Source of the DNA: an uncultured cyanobacterium
Lineage (GTDB): Bacteria; Cyanobacteriota; Cyanobacteriia; Pseudanabaenales; Pseudanabaenaceae
NCBI GenBank assembly: GCA_963703315.1
Contig: OY969811.1
Location: forward strand, 3,968,001-4,032,000
Length of the DNA: 64,000 bases
Reading direction: 5' to 3'
A program made the position numbers and the translations under genes. The notes under the pieces were generated by a model that searched no databases, was not told where the DNA came from, and worked only from the letters and a program-made list of their open reading frames with translations. This document shows, in pieces, positions 27,574-37,149 of the stretch; positions within the stretch are counted from its first letter, which is position 1, and every line of letters begins with the position of its first letter.

Positions 27574-28085
27574 TTAGGCATCTAGGGAAGGACGGCGGCG
27601 TTTTTTAAACATACCTAGCATGAAAATTCCTGTTACCAGTAAACCAATCAATCCCAGTCCATCCAGTAGAACGTAGAAGGTTCTGAGTTGTGGTCCTAAA
27701 AACGAGCCTTGATGAATATTCAAAAAGATTTCGCCAATGTCTTTAGACCCACATTCCGCTCGTAATGGAGGCCTAAAAATATTTACAACGAGACAATGAG
27801 GGTTTCAGCGATTTTCTGGAAAATTAATGATAATGACTCCTATTAGTACGTCATTATTGACAATATTAAGATAGTGTTATTTTTCTGACGAAAGCCCAAA
27901 ATACTTACTGTATAAGGATTTGTTTTCTAAATATTTTTTTCAGTAAAATAAGAGCGGAATGTGGGTTTAGACATCCCAAACCAACTTCTGCCAACGCGAT
28001 AGGCAACACCTGTGATCGTGGTGAGTAAAATTGGTAGGAGCAAAATAGGAGCGATAAAGCGGTGAAGTTTGCGCCAGTTCATCAT
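27574..28085 (-). pseudogene. PepSY-associated TM-like membrane protein disrupted by a MITE
   Basis: MMNWRKLHRFIAP...GMSK | DIGEIFLNIHQGSF...RRPSLDA; removing the insert and one TSD copy restores a 95-aa ORF. Confidence 0.85.
27748..27965. mobile_element. 218-bp MITE with IS1634 termini
   Basis: TIR CCCACATTCCGCTC / GAGCGGAATGTGGG identical to the IS at 50612-52327; 6-bp TSD TTTAGA. Confidence 0.93.
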
Positions 28086-28161
28086 TTCTTGTCGGTCTGT
28101 TTACTAGTGAATGCGTTGATTATGCAGATCAAAAGTAAAGAACTCGGAAAGGATAGTGCAT

Positions 28162-29658
28162 TTATGCAAATGTCACTGTAAAACAACTGCCAGAGCCAAT
28201 CTGACTACTAACTGTGATATTGCCATCGTGATTTTTAGCGATCGCCTCGGCAATTGCTAAACCCAATCCTGAACCACCTGCTCGCCACGATCTCGCCCGA
28301 TCTGCCCTCCAAAAGCGCTCAAAAATATGGGGTAAATCTTCGGGGGCAATCCCCAATCCCGTATCAGTAATAGCGACGAATATGGAGCGATCGCGTTGTT
28401 GGAGATCAACGGTAATTTTGCCGCCTGTGGGTGTATAGGCGATCGCATTTTCTAGCAAATTAATAAATAGTCGCCGTAGTTGAGAAGCTTCGCCACGAAT
28501 AGAGACGGCATCCTGAAGATTTGCTTGCAAATTAATCTCTTTAGCAATAATTTGTGGTTCTAGGAACTCCAATAAATCTTCTAATAGTTCATCAAGGGGA
28601 ATTAATAATAAATTGGCTGCGCGATCTCCTTGATTATCCAAACTAGCGTTATCAACTCGTGCGAGAAATAACAAATCCTCGACTAAATGCGTCATCTGTT
28701 CTGTGGCATGACCAATTGCGGCTAGCTTTTTTACATCTGCTTGATGGATACGTTCGGGATGGCTTTGGATTACTTCAATGGAAGTTTTAATGGCGGTCAA
28801 GGGACTGCGTAACTCATGGGAAGCATCGGCGGTAAATTGGCGCATTTGTTCATAATTGCGTTCAACTGGTTGCAATGCTTGCCATGCTAGCCACCAGCCA
28901 CCAATACCACTGAGGGCGATCGCTAGTAATCCACCCCAACCTAATCCCCATAATAGTTTTTCTAATTCCTCTTCCAGTTCTTCACTAGATTCACTGACCC
29001 GCACATAACCAATTAATACTTTCTCCACATTATTGTTATCTATTGCTGAATATCTTTTCTGCTCTCTTTCAGAATTTTCTTTTCGTTCTTCCTCATGTTT
29101 TTGAGAACGCTTTTTATTGTGCTTTTCAGCAAATTCTGAAAATATTGTTTCTGTCAGCACTCCATTCAGATAGATAGGGACAATAAGCGATCGCAGATCG
29201 TGATGTTCTTCTAATTGATGTACTTTGGCGATCAGTGAAGCTTGATCAACGTGGGGGAAAGGTAAACTTGGCGCTTTCTGATTACCTGCTTTAGCCAATA
29301 ACTTTCCATCAGCATCAAACCATTCTACAGTTTGCTGATTTTGGCGCATATCCTGCCAAGGAATATCCAGATCGCCATCATTGTCAATCAGGCGATCGCT
29401 TTTAATTACATCCTTTTGAATTAAATTAGGATTGTTTTTTAGCTTGGGCAAACTATGAGAAGCAGCATCAGCGAGAGTCGCAATCTGGCGATCGAATTTA
29501 CTGTAAAGATTGCTTGCAAAATATTGATATACAAAAATCACCGTAATACCCAACACTGTAGACATGACGCTGAGATAACTCACCAACAAGCGTAGATGTA
29601 GGGCATTAAAGGGATGCCCTAGCCATTGTCTAATAATTTTGGATAGTCTAGTTTTCAA
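28162..29658 (-). CDS. Sensor histidine kinase
   Basis: Two TMs, DASHELRSPL H-box, NLLENA, DTGLGI, GSGLGL. Confidence 0.93.
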   Translation of the reverse strand: MKTRLSKIIRQWLGHPFNALHLRLLVSYLSVMSTVLGITVIFVYQYFASNLYSKFDRQIATLADAASHSLPKLKNNPNLIQKDVIKSDRLIDNDGDLDIPWQDMRQNQQTVEWFDADGKLLAKAGNQKAPSLPFPHVDQASLIAKVHQLEEHHDLRSLIVPIYLNGVLTETIFSEFAEKHNKKRSQKHEEERKENSEREQKRYSAIDNNNVEKVLIGYVRVSESSEELEEELEKLLWGLGWGGLLAIALSGIGGWWLAWQALQPVERNYEQMRQFTADASHELRSPLTAIKTSIEVIQSHPERIHQADVKKLAAIGHATEQMTHLVEDLLFLARVDNASLDNQGDRAANLLLIPLDELLEDLLEFLEPQIIAKEINLQANLQDAVSIRGEASQLRRLFINLLENAIAYTPTGGKITVDLQQRDRSIFVAITDTGLGIAPEDLPHIFERFWRADRARSWRAGGSGLGLAIAEAIAKNHDGNITVSSQIGSGSCFTVTFA

Positions 29659-29675
29659 ATGTGTGCTTGCTCCTG

Positions 29676-30350
29676 TTATAAATGCTTGAGCCGATACCCT
29701 AAGCCATATACAGTCTCAATGAGATCTGTTTTTGCTCCTGCTTGTTTCAGTTTTTGGCGCAAACTTCTGATATGTACTTTTACTGTTTCTTCGTTAGGTG
29801 GTTCGGCAAATGACCATAGATGCTCAAGGATTTCGGCTTTGCTAAAAGTGCGATCGCTATGCCGTAGTAATAATTCTAAAAGGCGATATTCTTTAGGGGT
29901 TAAATGCAATAACTCACCTGCATAAGTTACCTCATAGCTATTAGGATTAAGCTGCAATCGTTCCCATTCCAACAGCATCGTAATACTGGAACTGCCACGC
30001 CGCAATAATGCTCGAATCCTTGCCAATAGCTCTTTTAAATCAAAGGGCTTCACCACATAGTCATCTGCGCCCACATCTAAGCCCATCACCTTATCAGTGC
30101 TAGTGTCTCGCGCCGTTAACATCAAGATCGGCATTCCATAACTATTTTGCCGCACTTTTTGACAAAGCTGCATTCCATCTAGTTTCGGTAACATTACATC
30201 CAAAACCAATAGCTCGTAGGGAAATGCTTGCACAAATTCCCATCCCTGTTCCCCATCGATCGCTACATCCACGACATAATGACAGTCGGTGAGTGCCTCC
30301 GTCAGTGCCGCCGCAATGCGATCGTCATCTTCAACTAATAATATTTTCAC
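29676..30350 (-). CDS. OmpR-family response regulator
   Basis: ILLVEDD, LDVMLP, KPF, winged helix TVYGLGY. Confidence 0.95.
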   Translation of the reverse strand: MKILLVEDDDRIAAALTEALTDCHYVVDVAIDGEQGWEFVQAFPYELLVLDVMLPKLDGMQLCQKVRQNSYGMPILMLTARDTSTDKVMGLDVGADDYVVKPFDLKELLARIRALLRRGSSSITMLLEWERLQLNPNSYEVTYAGELLHLTPKEYRLLELLLRHSDRTFSKAEILEHLWSFAEPPNEETVKVHIRSLRQKLKQAGAKTDLIETVYGLGYRLKHL

Positions 30351-30390
30351 AAACTACTTTTTGAGACCAAGATCAACATTAGCAGTACTA

Positions 30391-30490
30391 AGTAGCTCAG
30401 CATAGTTAAAAACCAAAACCAGAGCTTGTGCCGCCCGCGTAGCGGGCGGCACAAGCTTCTAGGTTTTAAGTTTACTTATGCCTAGCTACT
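30391..30490. mobile_element. 100-bp MITE family B
   Basis: AGTAGC...GCTACT ends flanked by TA, central GCGTAGC palindrome. Confidence 0.8.
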
Positions 30491-30497
30491 TACCACT

Positions 30498-33400
30498 TTA
30501 CAACCCATTACCGATCGCAAAAAAAGCTGACCAATATTTGGGATGACTATATTCTTTAGACCGAATTAGAGATACTTGCGCTTTCTGTAATGCCTCATTC
30601 ACATTGCTGGTTTTAAGTTCTTTATAAAATGCTGCCATGAGTGCTTGAGTGGCTGCATCATCCACAGACCATAGAGAAGCGATCGCACTTTTTGCTCCTG
30701 CTTTCTGCACCTGATAGCCAAATCCCAAGATTTCTACGCCACTGCCTAGCTTGCCCACACCTGTCTGACAAGCGCTCAAAACAATTAGTTCTATATTCGG
30801 AATTTGCCAATCTGCAATTTCATTGAGACGGATTTTGTCACCATTCCCAAAAATGATGAAGGAATTATCGGGCGCACCGAGATTAAACTCAGCATGGGTC
30901 GCAAGATGGAGAATATTGTAGTTCTTAAATTTGGATTCAGTAGCTTGACGACTAAAGTTACTTTCTAGCAGCGTTGATGAGTTCGGGAAATAACTAGCGA
31001 TCGCTTGAACTTCCTTGAGAGTTGCAGGTAAACCCTGTTGTCCAAACTTCTGCTCACCAGCTTTACCACCAAAAGCTCCTGCTAAGATGTTCGGCGAAAT
31101 TTTGGACTGAGGGGAAAAATCAAAGAGAGTGTAAGCAATCAGATTACTAATCCGATATTTCTCAATAAGCCATTGTTTGCCATCGGAGAGAGCCGCCAGA
31201 GGCACATAGCGCAAAACCCCATCAGGTGCATAGAGAATCGTTTCCGCTTTAGCTTGGATGAGTTCAGACTCGATGGGTTTAATCAACAGGTTATAGAGCG
31301 CTGTGGAAGTTTCTTGATAATCTTCAGAACCAGCATCAATCAGGGTTGCTTTAAATTCATTGACTAGAGATTCTAGTTTGGCTTTAGAAATATTGACAGT
31401 ACGGTTGATCGGCAGCGTATCGGGTGAGAAGAGAATAATTTCTAGGCGATCGCCTAAAATCAGAGGATAGATTAAGACCGTACCTTTCGGAATCTTTTGG
31501 AGATAGTTAGGGACTTTATTGATTTCTGATTTAGGAAGTTGCTGGATCTGACTCGCTAATTGACGATTTAGGGCGGGACTACTCTCCAAGCTAATGGCTG
31601 ATGACTGATTGCTAATAGCCCTCTCTGCATCCAAAATCCCTATTCCTTGTGCTGTGCGATCGCTGCCCTTAATGTTCTCTAGATAATCCTCAATCTCTTG
31701 GACTTTGAGCAAATCCAGAACCTGTAGAGCTTCCATGATTCTGCCTTGCTTGAGCAGTAAATTTGCAAGGCTTTTATAACTTTCGGCAACGGTTTGTAAA
31801 TAGGAAGTTTGATCTTCTTGGCTCAGTCCGCGAATATCTTTACGAATCGATTCGCGCACATTAATTGCTTGCTTATAAAATAAAATTGCTAGTTCAGGTT
31901 GATTTTGCTGAGAGAGAGTATAGCCTAAGTTACTAAGCGATAACCCTTCCTTTTCGCGATCGCCAGTCTGCTTAAAAATGGCGAGGGACTTCTGAAAGGA
32001 GTCGTAGGCTTGGGCATATTGATTGAGCCTCAAATAAGCACTACCCAAATTGCCAAGAGATAACCCCTCACCATTGCGATCGCCATTTTTCTGACTAATG
32101 GCAAGAGATTGTTGATACAGTTCGATTGCTTTCTGAGTTTGTCCGAGATTGCTGTAGGTAATCCCCAAATTATTGAATGAAGTCGCTTCGCCAGCGCGAT
32201 AACCTCGTTGTTGCGAAATTGCTAAAGACTGTTGATGGGCGGCGATCGCTTTAGTGTAGTTGCCAATGCTGTTATAAGCACTACCAAGATTATTGAGAGA
32301 TTTGCCTAAACCTTCCTGATCACCAATTTTTTTGAATAGCTCAATGGATTGCTGATTAAATTCAATTGCCTTTGCAAGATTGCCCAAATAGTCGTAGGTA
32401 TTTGCTAAATTCCCTAACAGTTTTGCTTCACTCTGGAGATCTTGATCCTGCCTTTTTAGCACTAGCGCCTGTTGATAAAAATCAATTGCTTTTTGGTATT
32501 GTCCCAAGCTGCCATAGCCATTACCAATGCCAATAATGGAGTTGCCTTCACCATTGCGATCTTTAAGTTGTTGCGCGAGGGCAAGAGAACGCTGATAGAA
32601 ATCAATGGCTTTTTGATACTGTCCCACAATCATCTGAGCAGTTCCTAAATCATTAAGTAGATTCTTCTCAGTTTCGCGATCGCCAATTTTCCTGACAATT
32701 GCCAAAGCTTCGGTATAGGCATCAATGGATTTGGGATACTGCCCCAAGGTGCGGTAGACATCACCGAGATCCATCAGGGAATAACTTTGTTTTTGGAGGT
32801 CGCCAATCTGTTTAAAAATCGTGAGAGCTTGTTGATAGGCATCGGCTGCTTTTTGATATTGATTGAGACGTTGATAGGCAGTACCCAGATTACCAAGATT
32901 CAAGCTTTCGCCATTGCGATCGCCGATTTGTTGATAGGCATCAACAGCCTTCTGAAAGAAGTCAGCCGCCTGTTGATGCTGCTTCAGATTTAGATAGCCC
33001 TTACCTAAATTACTGAGGGAAGTTGCTTCAGCTACGCGATCGCCAATTTGACTTCTAATTGCTAAAGATTGCTGAAAAAAATCCACTGCCTTTTCATATT
33101 GTCCCAGACTGTTATAGACTGCCCCAATATTGCTGAGCGAAGTTGCCTCACCCTTGCGATCGCCAATTTGCTTTGTGATCGCTAAAGATTGTTGATAGAA
33201 GTCTAGAGCTTTGGGATACTGTTTTTGTCGGAAATAGGTTAGTCCAATGTTATTGAGGATCACTGACTCAGCACTACGATCCTTAAGCTCTCGATAAATC
33301 TGTAATGCCTGTTCATAGGTTTTGACTGCCTCATCATAGCGACTGCCTCTAACCAGTTGACTTGCGGCTTGGACTAAATTATCCGCTTGATCTTGACGAC

Positions 33401-33515
33401 TTTGGACAGTTTGCGCCACTGTGACATTACTTATTGCCATCTGCACAGGCAATCCACATAAAAGCGTCAACACCGCAATACTCAAAACTTTACGCATAGT
33501 TTCTCTCTGATTCAA
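30498..33515 (-). CDS. Secreted TPR-CHAT (caspase-like) protein
   Basis: Signal peptide, many 40-aa TPRs, HLATH and VLSACQT catalytic dyad, SLWSVDD, HPKYWSAF. Confidence 0.92.
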   Translation of the reverse strand: MNQRETMRKVLSIAVLTLLCGLPVQMAISNVTVAQTVQSRQDQADNLVQAASQLVRGSRYDEAVKTYEQALQIYRELKDRSAESVILNNIGLTYFRQKQYPKALDFYQQSLAITKQIGDRKGEATSLSNIGAVYNSLGQYEKAVDFFQQSLAIRSQIGDRVAEATSLSNLGKGYLNLKQHQQAADFFQKAVDAYQQIGDRNGESLNLGNLGTAYQRLNQYQKAADAYQQALTIFKQIGDLQKQSYSLMDLGDVYRTLGQYPKSIDAYTEALAIVRKIGDRETEKNLLNDLGTAQMIVGQYQKAIDFYQRSLALAQQLKDRNGEGNSIIGIGNGYGSLGQYQKAIDFYQQALVLKRQDQDLQSEAKLLGNLANTYDYLGNLAKAIEFNQQSIELFKKIGDQEGLGKSLNNLGSAYNSIGNYTKAIAAHQQSLAISQQRGYRAGEATSFNNLGITYSNLGQTQKAIELYQQSLAISQKNGDRNGEGLSLGNLGSAYLRLNQYAQAYDSFQKSLAIFKQTGDREKEGLSLSNLGYTLSQQNQPELAILFYKQAINVRESIRKDIRGLSQEDQTSYLQTVAESYKSLANLLLKQGRIMEALQVLDLLKVQEIEDYLENIKGSDRTAQGIGILDAERAISNQSSAISLESSPALNRQLASQIQQLPKSEINKVPNYLQKIPKGTVLIYPLILGDRLEIILFSPDTLPINRTVNISKAKLESLVNEFKATLIDAGSEDYQETSTALYNLLIKPIESELIQAKAETILYAPDGVLRYVPLAALSDGKQWLIEKYRISNLIAYTLFDFSPQSKISPNILAGAFGGKAGEQKFGQQGLPATLKEVQAIASYFPNSSTLLESNFSRQATESKFKNYNILHLATHAEFNLGAPDNSFIIFGNGDKIRLNEIADWQIPNIELIVLSACQTGVGKLGSGVEILGFGYQVQKAGAKSAIASLWSVDDAATQALMAAFYKELKTSNVNEALQKAQVSLIRSKEYSHPKYWSAFFAIGNGL

Positions 33516-33537
33516 ATTTTTTAACGGTAACGATGCT

Positions 33538-34479
33538 TTATCTCGACTTACTCAGTTCTGCTTCAATGCGACCAATTCGCACTGCATAGTTCTCAATACC
33601 GCGCCCACGCCGATCCTTGCGTCCTGCGGCATGGAGTCCCACAATTTGATAAACTCCATCAATTCTACTGATCAATGCCGAACCAGAAGCTCCCGGATTT
33701 GTATCGCAATCATGGACTAACATTCCTTCTTTTTCGCCTAGTACACTGCATTTTAGGTGTACACCTGCGGTATAGCCTTTTCCTGCCGCAAGGTCGCTAT
33801 AGACTCTCGGATCGGGATAGTCACTAGCATAACCCGCTACGGATAGCCTGTTCTTATAGCGCTGCAATACGGCTAATGGAACCGATCGCCATCGGAGAAA
33901 CCCATATTTCTCTCCCAAAGGCTTATTTAAAGATAGAATCGCCCAATCATCGGCAGATTCGACATTAGGTTGATTTGTTCCTGCTAAAACATTGGTCACT
34001 ACTGCCACATCACTCTTATTGCGTAGCCGACCATTTACTAAATTAGGCAAGAAGTACATTTTTGTAAATAGACGATCTTGCTCGTAGACACAGTGGGCAT
34101 TGGTTAGTACTAACGACTTCCCAATTAAGGTTCCTGTGCAGGAATATTCTTTTCCTGATTTGCTGATCATCACCACTTTGCCCACCGTTGACCAAGGATA
34201 TTCACGGCTCATCAAAGGTAGGCGCTGATCTGCACCGATGATAGCGCGATTAGTTCCTGTTGGTGACTCTGACTCCCTTAGTTTGTCTGGTACAAAGCCA
34301 TCAGGATTTGCGGTGAGGTCTTTAAAACTATTGATCTGTGTTGGTGCGATCGCATCCTTTGGCAGTAATTCGGAAAGTTCTTGAGCATTAACATTGTTAT
34401 GGGCTGCAAGATTACCTAACACTGCTAGTGCTGTTCCTAAACTAAGACTAAACAAAACTTGCCAAGTTCTACTTTTCAT
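33538..34479 (-). CDS. Secreted trypsin/V8-like serine protease
   Basis: CTGTLI, LTNAHC, DWAIL, CDT.PGASGS. Confidence 0.9.
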   Translation of the reverse strand: MKSRTWQVLFSLSLGTALAVLGNLAAHNNVNAQELSELLPKDAIAPTQINSFKDLTANPDGFVPDKLRESESPTGTNRAIIGADQRLPLMSREYPWSTVGKVVMISKSGKEYSCTGTLIGKSLVLTNAHCVYEQDRLFTKMYFLPNLVNGRLRNKSDVAVVTNVLAGTNQPNVESADDWAILSLNKPLGEKYGFLRWRSVPLAVLQRYKNRLSVAGYASDYPDPRVYSDLAAGKGYTAGVHLKCSVLGEKEGMLVHDCDTNPGASGSALISRIDGVYQIVGLHAAGRKDRRGRGIENYAVRIGRIEAELSKSR

Positions 34480-34509
34480 CGCCTTACAATTTGATTACCT
34501 AAAGTTGCC

Positions 34510-34593
34510 TATAGCGTTTAGTGCAGTGCGAGATTGTTTCCCCGCCAAAGGCGGGGAAACAATTCTCAACTCGCTCGCTTGAAAAGCGCTATA
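34510..34593. repeat. MITE-like element family D
   Basis: TATAGCG...CGCTATA ends, core TGTTTCCCCGCC-AAA-GGCGGGGAAACA; related copy at 35608-35702. Confidence 0.7.
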
Positions 34594-34663
34594 TTGCCAA
34601 GTATAGGACAACTCATTGAGAAATAAATCAGGTTACAATTTTTGCAACATTAAAAACCAAACT

Positions 34664-34739
34664 AAAAGCCTGTAGTGTACGCTGCGCGTACACTACAGGC
34701 TTTTTAGATCAGAAAAGCCCCTTAGGGGCTTTTCTGATC
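34664..34739. terminator. Two adjacent hairpins downstream of the Rrf2 gene
   Basis: AAAAGCCTGTAGTGTACGC-TGC-GCGTACACTACAGGCTTTT and GATCAGAAAAGCCCC-TTA-GGGGCTTTTCTGATC. Confidence 0.7.
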
Positions 34740-35179
34740 TAGATGTAATACATAGTTGTAGCAACTTGGCGCTGACGTTGGCGATCGCATAGATCTTTGA
34801 GAGTACAACTATCTAATACATGAGAAGCGGCTTTTTGCGCGGATTCCCATGCTTCATGAATTACTGCCACAGATGCACTCTCATGAGTTCCTTTCCCAAC
34901 TTTCCCTGCTAGCAAATCATACCCCTCGATACCATGAATGATTTCTAATAGGCTAATCGCTCTAGGCTCACGAGCAAGAGTATATCCCCCCTTAGCGCCA
35001 CGCTGACTTTTGACTAAACCCTGCCGTTTCAATGTTGCCAGCAACTGCTCTAGATAGCGATCGGGGATATTTTGTTGATTAGCAATTTGACGAATTTGTA
35101 AAGGTTGATCGATCGTAAAGTTCATGGCTAGCTCAAGCATCGCCAAGATTGCATATTCACTCTTTAAAGAAAGTTCCAC
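34739..35179 (-). CDS. Rrf2 family transcriptional regulator (CymR-like)
   Basis: EYAILAMLEL, RYLEQLL..LK..GLV.S.RGAKGGY; lacks the IscR three-Cys cluster. Confidence 0.9.
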   Translation of the reverse strand: MELSLKSEYAILAMLELAMNFTIDQPLQIRQIANQQNIPDRYLEQLLATLKRQGLVKSQRGAKGGYTLAREPRAISLLEIIHGIEGYDLLAGKVGKGTHESASVAVIHEAWESAQKAASHVLDSCTLKDLCDRQRQRQVATTMYYI

Positions 35180-35230
35180 AACTGTCCGTAATTTTATTTT
35201 AAATTTATTTAAAAAAGTTTGGGTAGGACT

Positions 35231-35861
35231 TACAGTGCTTTGCGCTCAAACCTGAACTAAGAAATTTTTAAAGACATTGCGAAGCAACACTTTTAAAAAT
35301 TTCTGGTGGTTCTTTTGATCGAAAACTGCTGTATGAGTTGTGATAGATGGCAATTTGCCTCATTTATCACAAATTTTAGATCAATACTTGATTGCATCCT
35401 ATAATACTACGGCATGGTACTGTAAATTATGGATTTAATTTTACATATCAAAACCGAAAAGATGGATAGCGGCGCGAAGCGCCGCTATCCATCTTTTCGG
35501 TTTTTAAAACTTACATTGCTATAGGTGCATCAATATAGCAGTTTTCATTTTGCCTATGGAAATCTGTAGCCATTTTTAGTTAATACATCAAATCAAAAAA
35601 AGAGTTATATAGAGTTTTTCAGCCTAGTGAAGTACGGGTTTGTTTCCCCGACGAAGGCGGGGAAACAAACCTATGTACCTCGCTTGCTTGAAAAGAGTTA
35701 TAGCGCAAAGCGCTGTAACTTTTTTTTGGTTTTCTAGCTATAGTTATATTTACAAAATGCTATAAGTACTTCGGCATAATTAAAACCCAAATTTAAAACC
35801 TGTAGCGCACACTGCGCGTGCGCTACAGGTTTTAGGGTTTTATATTTTAAGCCTACTTACT
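35231..35861. repeat. Cluster of palindromic MITE/REP-like elements
   Basis: Family E (35231-35333), GCGAAGC palindrome (about 35450-35503), family D (35608-35702), family-B-like (35765-35861). Confidence 0.8.
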
Positions 35862-35884
35862 TACCAACTAAATTTAAGAAAACT

Positions 35885-37108
35885 ATGTTTCGTCTTATCA
35901 AAAAATGGTTTCGCAAATCGAGAACAGTTAACAACGAGCCAATCAATAAGGTCAGCTTGATTGTTATTATCTTGATTGATATTTTTATCTTAATCAATGT
36001 TTTTACGGGATTGGCTGATATCAGTCGCTGGTACATGAGTCCTTCGCTTGCCTATCCATGCTATTCCGAATGGCAAAACTACCAAGATCAGACTACAAAA
36101 GAGAAAAATTACGAATTTATTAGACAGACATTGCTGGATCGTCAAGGCGATCGCTCAACGGTGCAGCAAAATTATCAAGCAAATGGCAGAGGTCGTCTAG
36201 GCAGTGTTTCCGCAACTTGTATAAAGTATGCAAGTTACGAAGATCAGATTAACAAGCCGCAAAATCAACAAATCATTAAAACTATCAGTCAGCAACAAGG
36301 CGAGATTGATAATCTTAAGCGAGCTAACGCTAATATTCGCGCCGAATATGATTCAACGCTATTAGAAAAAATTGCTAATCAGCCAGAAAATCAGTCGATC
36401 AATCAAGTTGCTTCTGATAAAGCCAAACAACAGTTAGAGCAGAACAATCAGAAAATTGCGACTTTTGAACAAGAAATTGCTAAGGCAAAACAAGAAGTCG
36501 TCACAAAACCAGAAAGTGTCAGTTTTATTGCCTTTCTGCAAGACCGAGGTGTATTTAGTGAAGTTGCATCAGGTTATTCACAGGCAAGTTTTTGGTATCC
36601 CAGCATTCAATTTGCTTTTCAGGCACTTTTTCTTTTACCGCTCATCTTGATTGCTCTACTAGTTCACAAATTCGCTCAGCGCAAGCAATATGGATTGATT
36701 GCCTTAATAAGCTGGCATCTTCTAGTTATCTTTTTGATTCCCCTGATATTGAAAGTTTTTGAGTTCTTACAAGTAGGCTTAGTCTTTCAATTTCTCCGCG
36801 ATCTTTTTCGAGTTCTCTTTGGCGGACTGCTTTTCTTAATTAGTTATCTCTATATTTTACTAATTCCAGTATTTGGTTTTGTAATGATCCAATTCTTTCA
36901 AAGAGTTGTGTTTAACCCCAAAATCCAAGCTGCTAATCGATTGCAAAAGTCTTCTTGTATCAATTGTGCCAAGAGAATTCGGAATCATGATATTCACTGT
37001 CCACACTGTGGTTATCATCAGTATATTGAATGTCCTAACTGCCACAATTCTACTTATAAGAATTTATCGTTCTGTAGCCATTGTGGACATCCTCAAGATG
37101 CTTTATAA
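35885..37108 (+). CDS. Membrane protein with coiled coil and C-terminal double zinc ribbon
   Basis: TM segments; CINC, CPHCG, CPNC, CSHCG. Confidence 0.75.
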   Translation: MFRLIKKWFRKSRTVNNEPINKVSLIVIILIDIFILINVFTGLADISRWYMSPSLAYPCYSEWQNYQDQTTKEKNYEFIRQTLLDRQGDRSTVQQNYQANGRGRLGSVSATCIKYASYEDQINKPQNQQIIKTISQQQGEIDNLKRANANIRAEYDSTLLEKIANQPENQSINQVASDKAKQQLEQNNQKIATFEQEIAKAKQEVVTKPESVSFIAFLQDRGVFSEVASGYSQASFWYPSIQFAFQALFLLPLILIALLVHKFAQRKQYGLIALISWHLLVIFLIPLILKVFEFLQVGLVFQFLRDLFRVLFGGLLFLISYLYILLIPVFGFVMIQFFQRVVFNPKIQAANRLQKSSCINCAKRIRNHDIHCPHCGYHQYIECPNCHNSTYKNLSFCSHCGHPQDAL

Positions 37109-37149
37109 AAAATAAGGACGGCGCTTCGCGCCGTCCTTATTTTTTATAG
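37104..37149. terminator. Bidirectional terminator
   Basis: TATAAAAAATAAGGACGGCGC-TTC-GCGCCGTCCTTATTTTTTATA between convergent genes. Confidence 0.8.

Noticed and set aside
31900..33300. 120-bp periodic DNA repeat with regularly spaced HIP1
   Set aside because: Explained by TPR coding repeats whose GDR codons contain GCGATCGC
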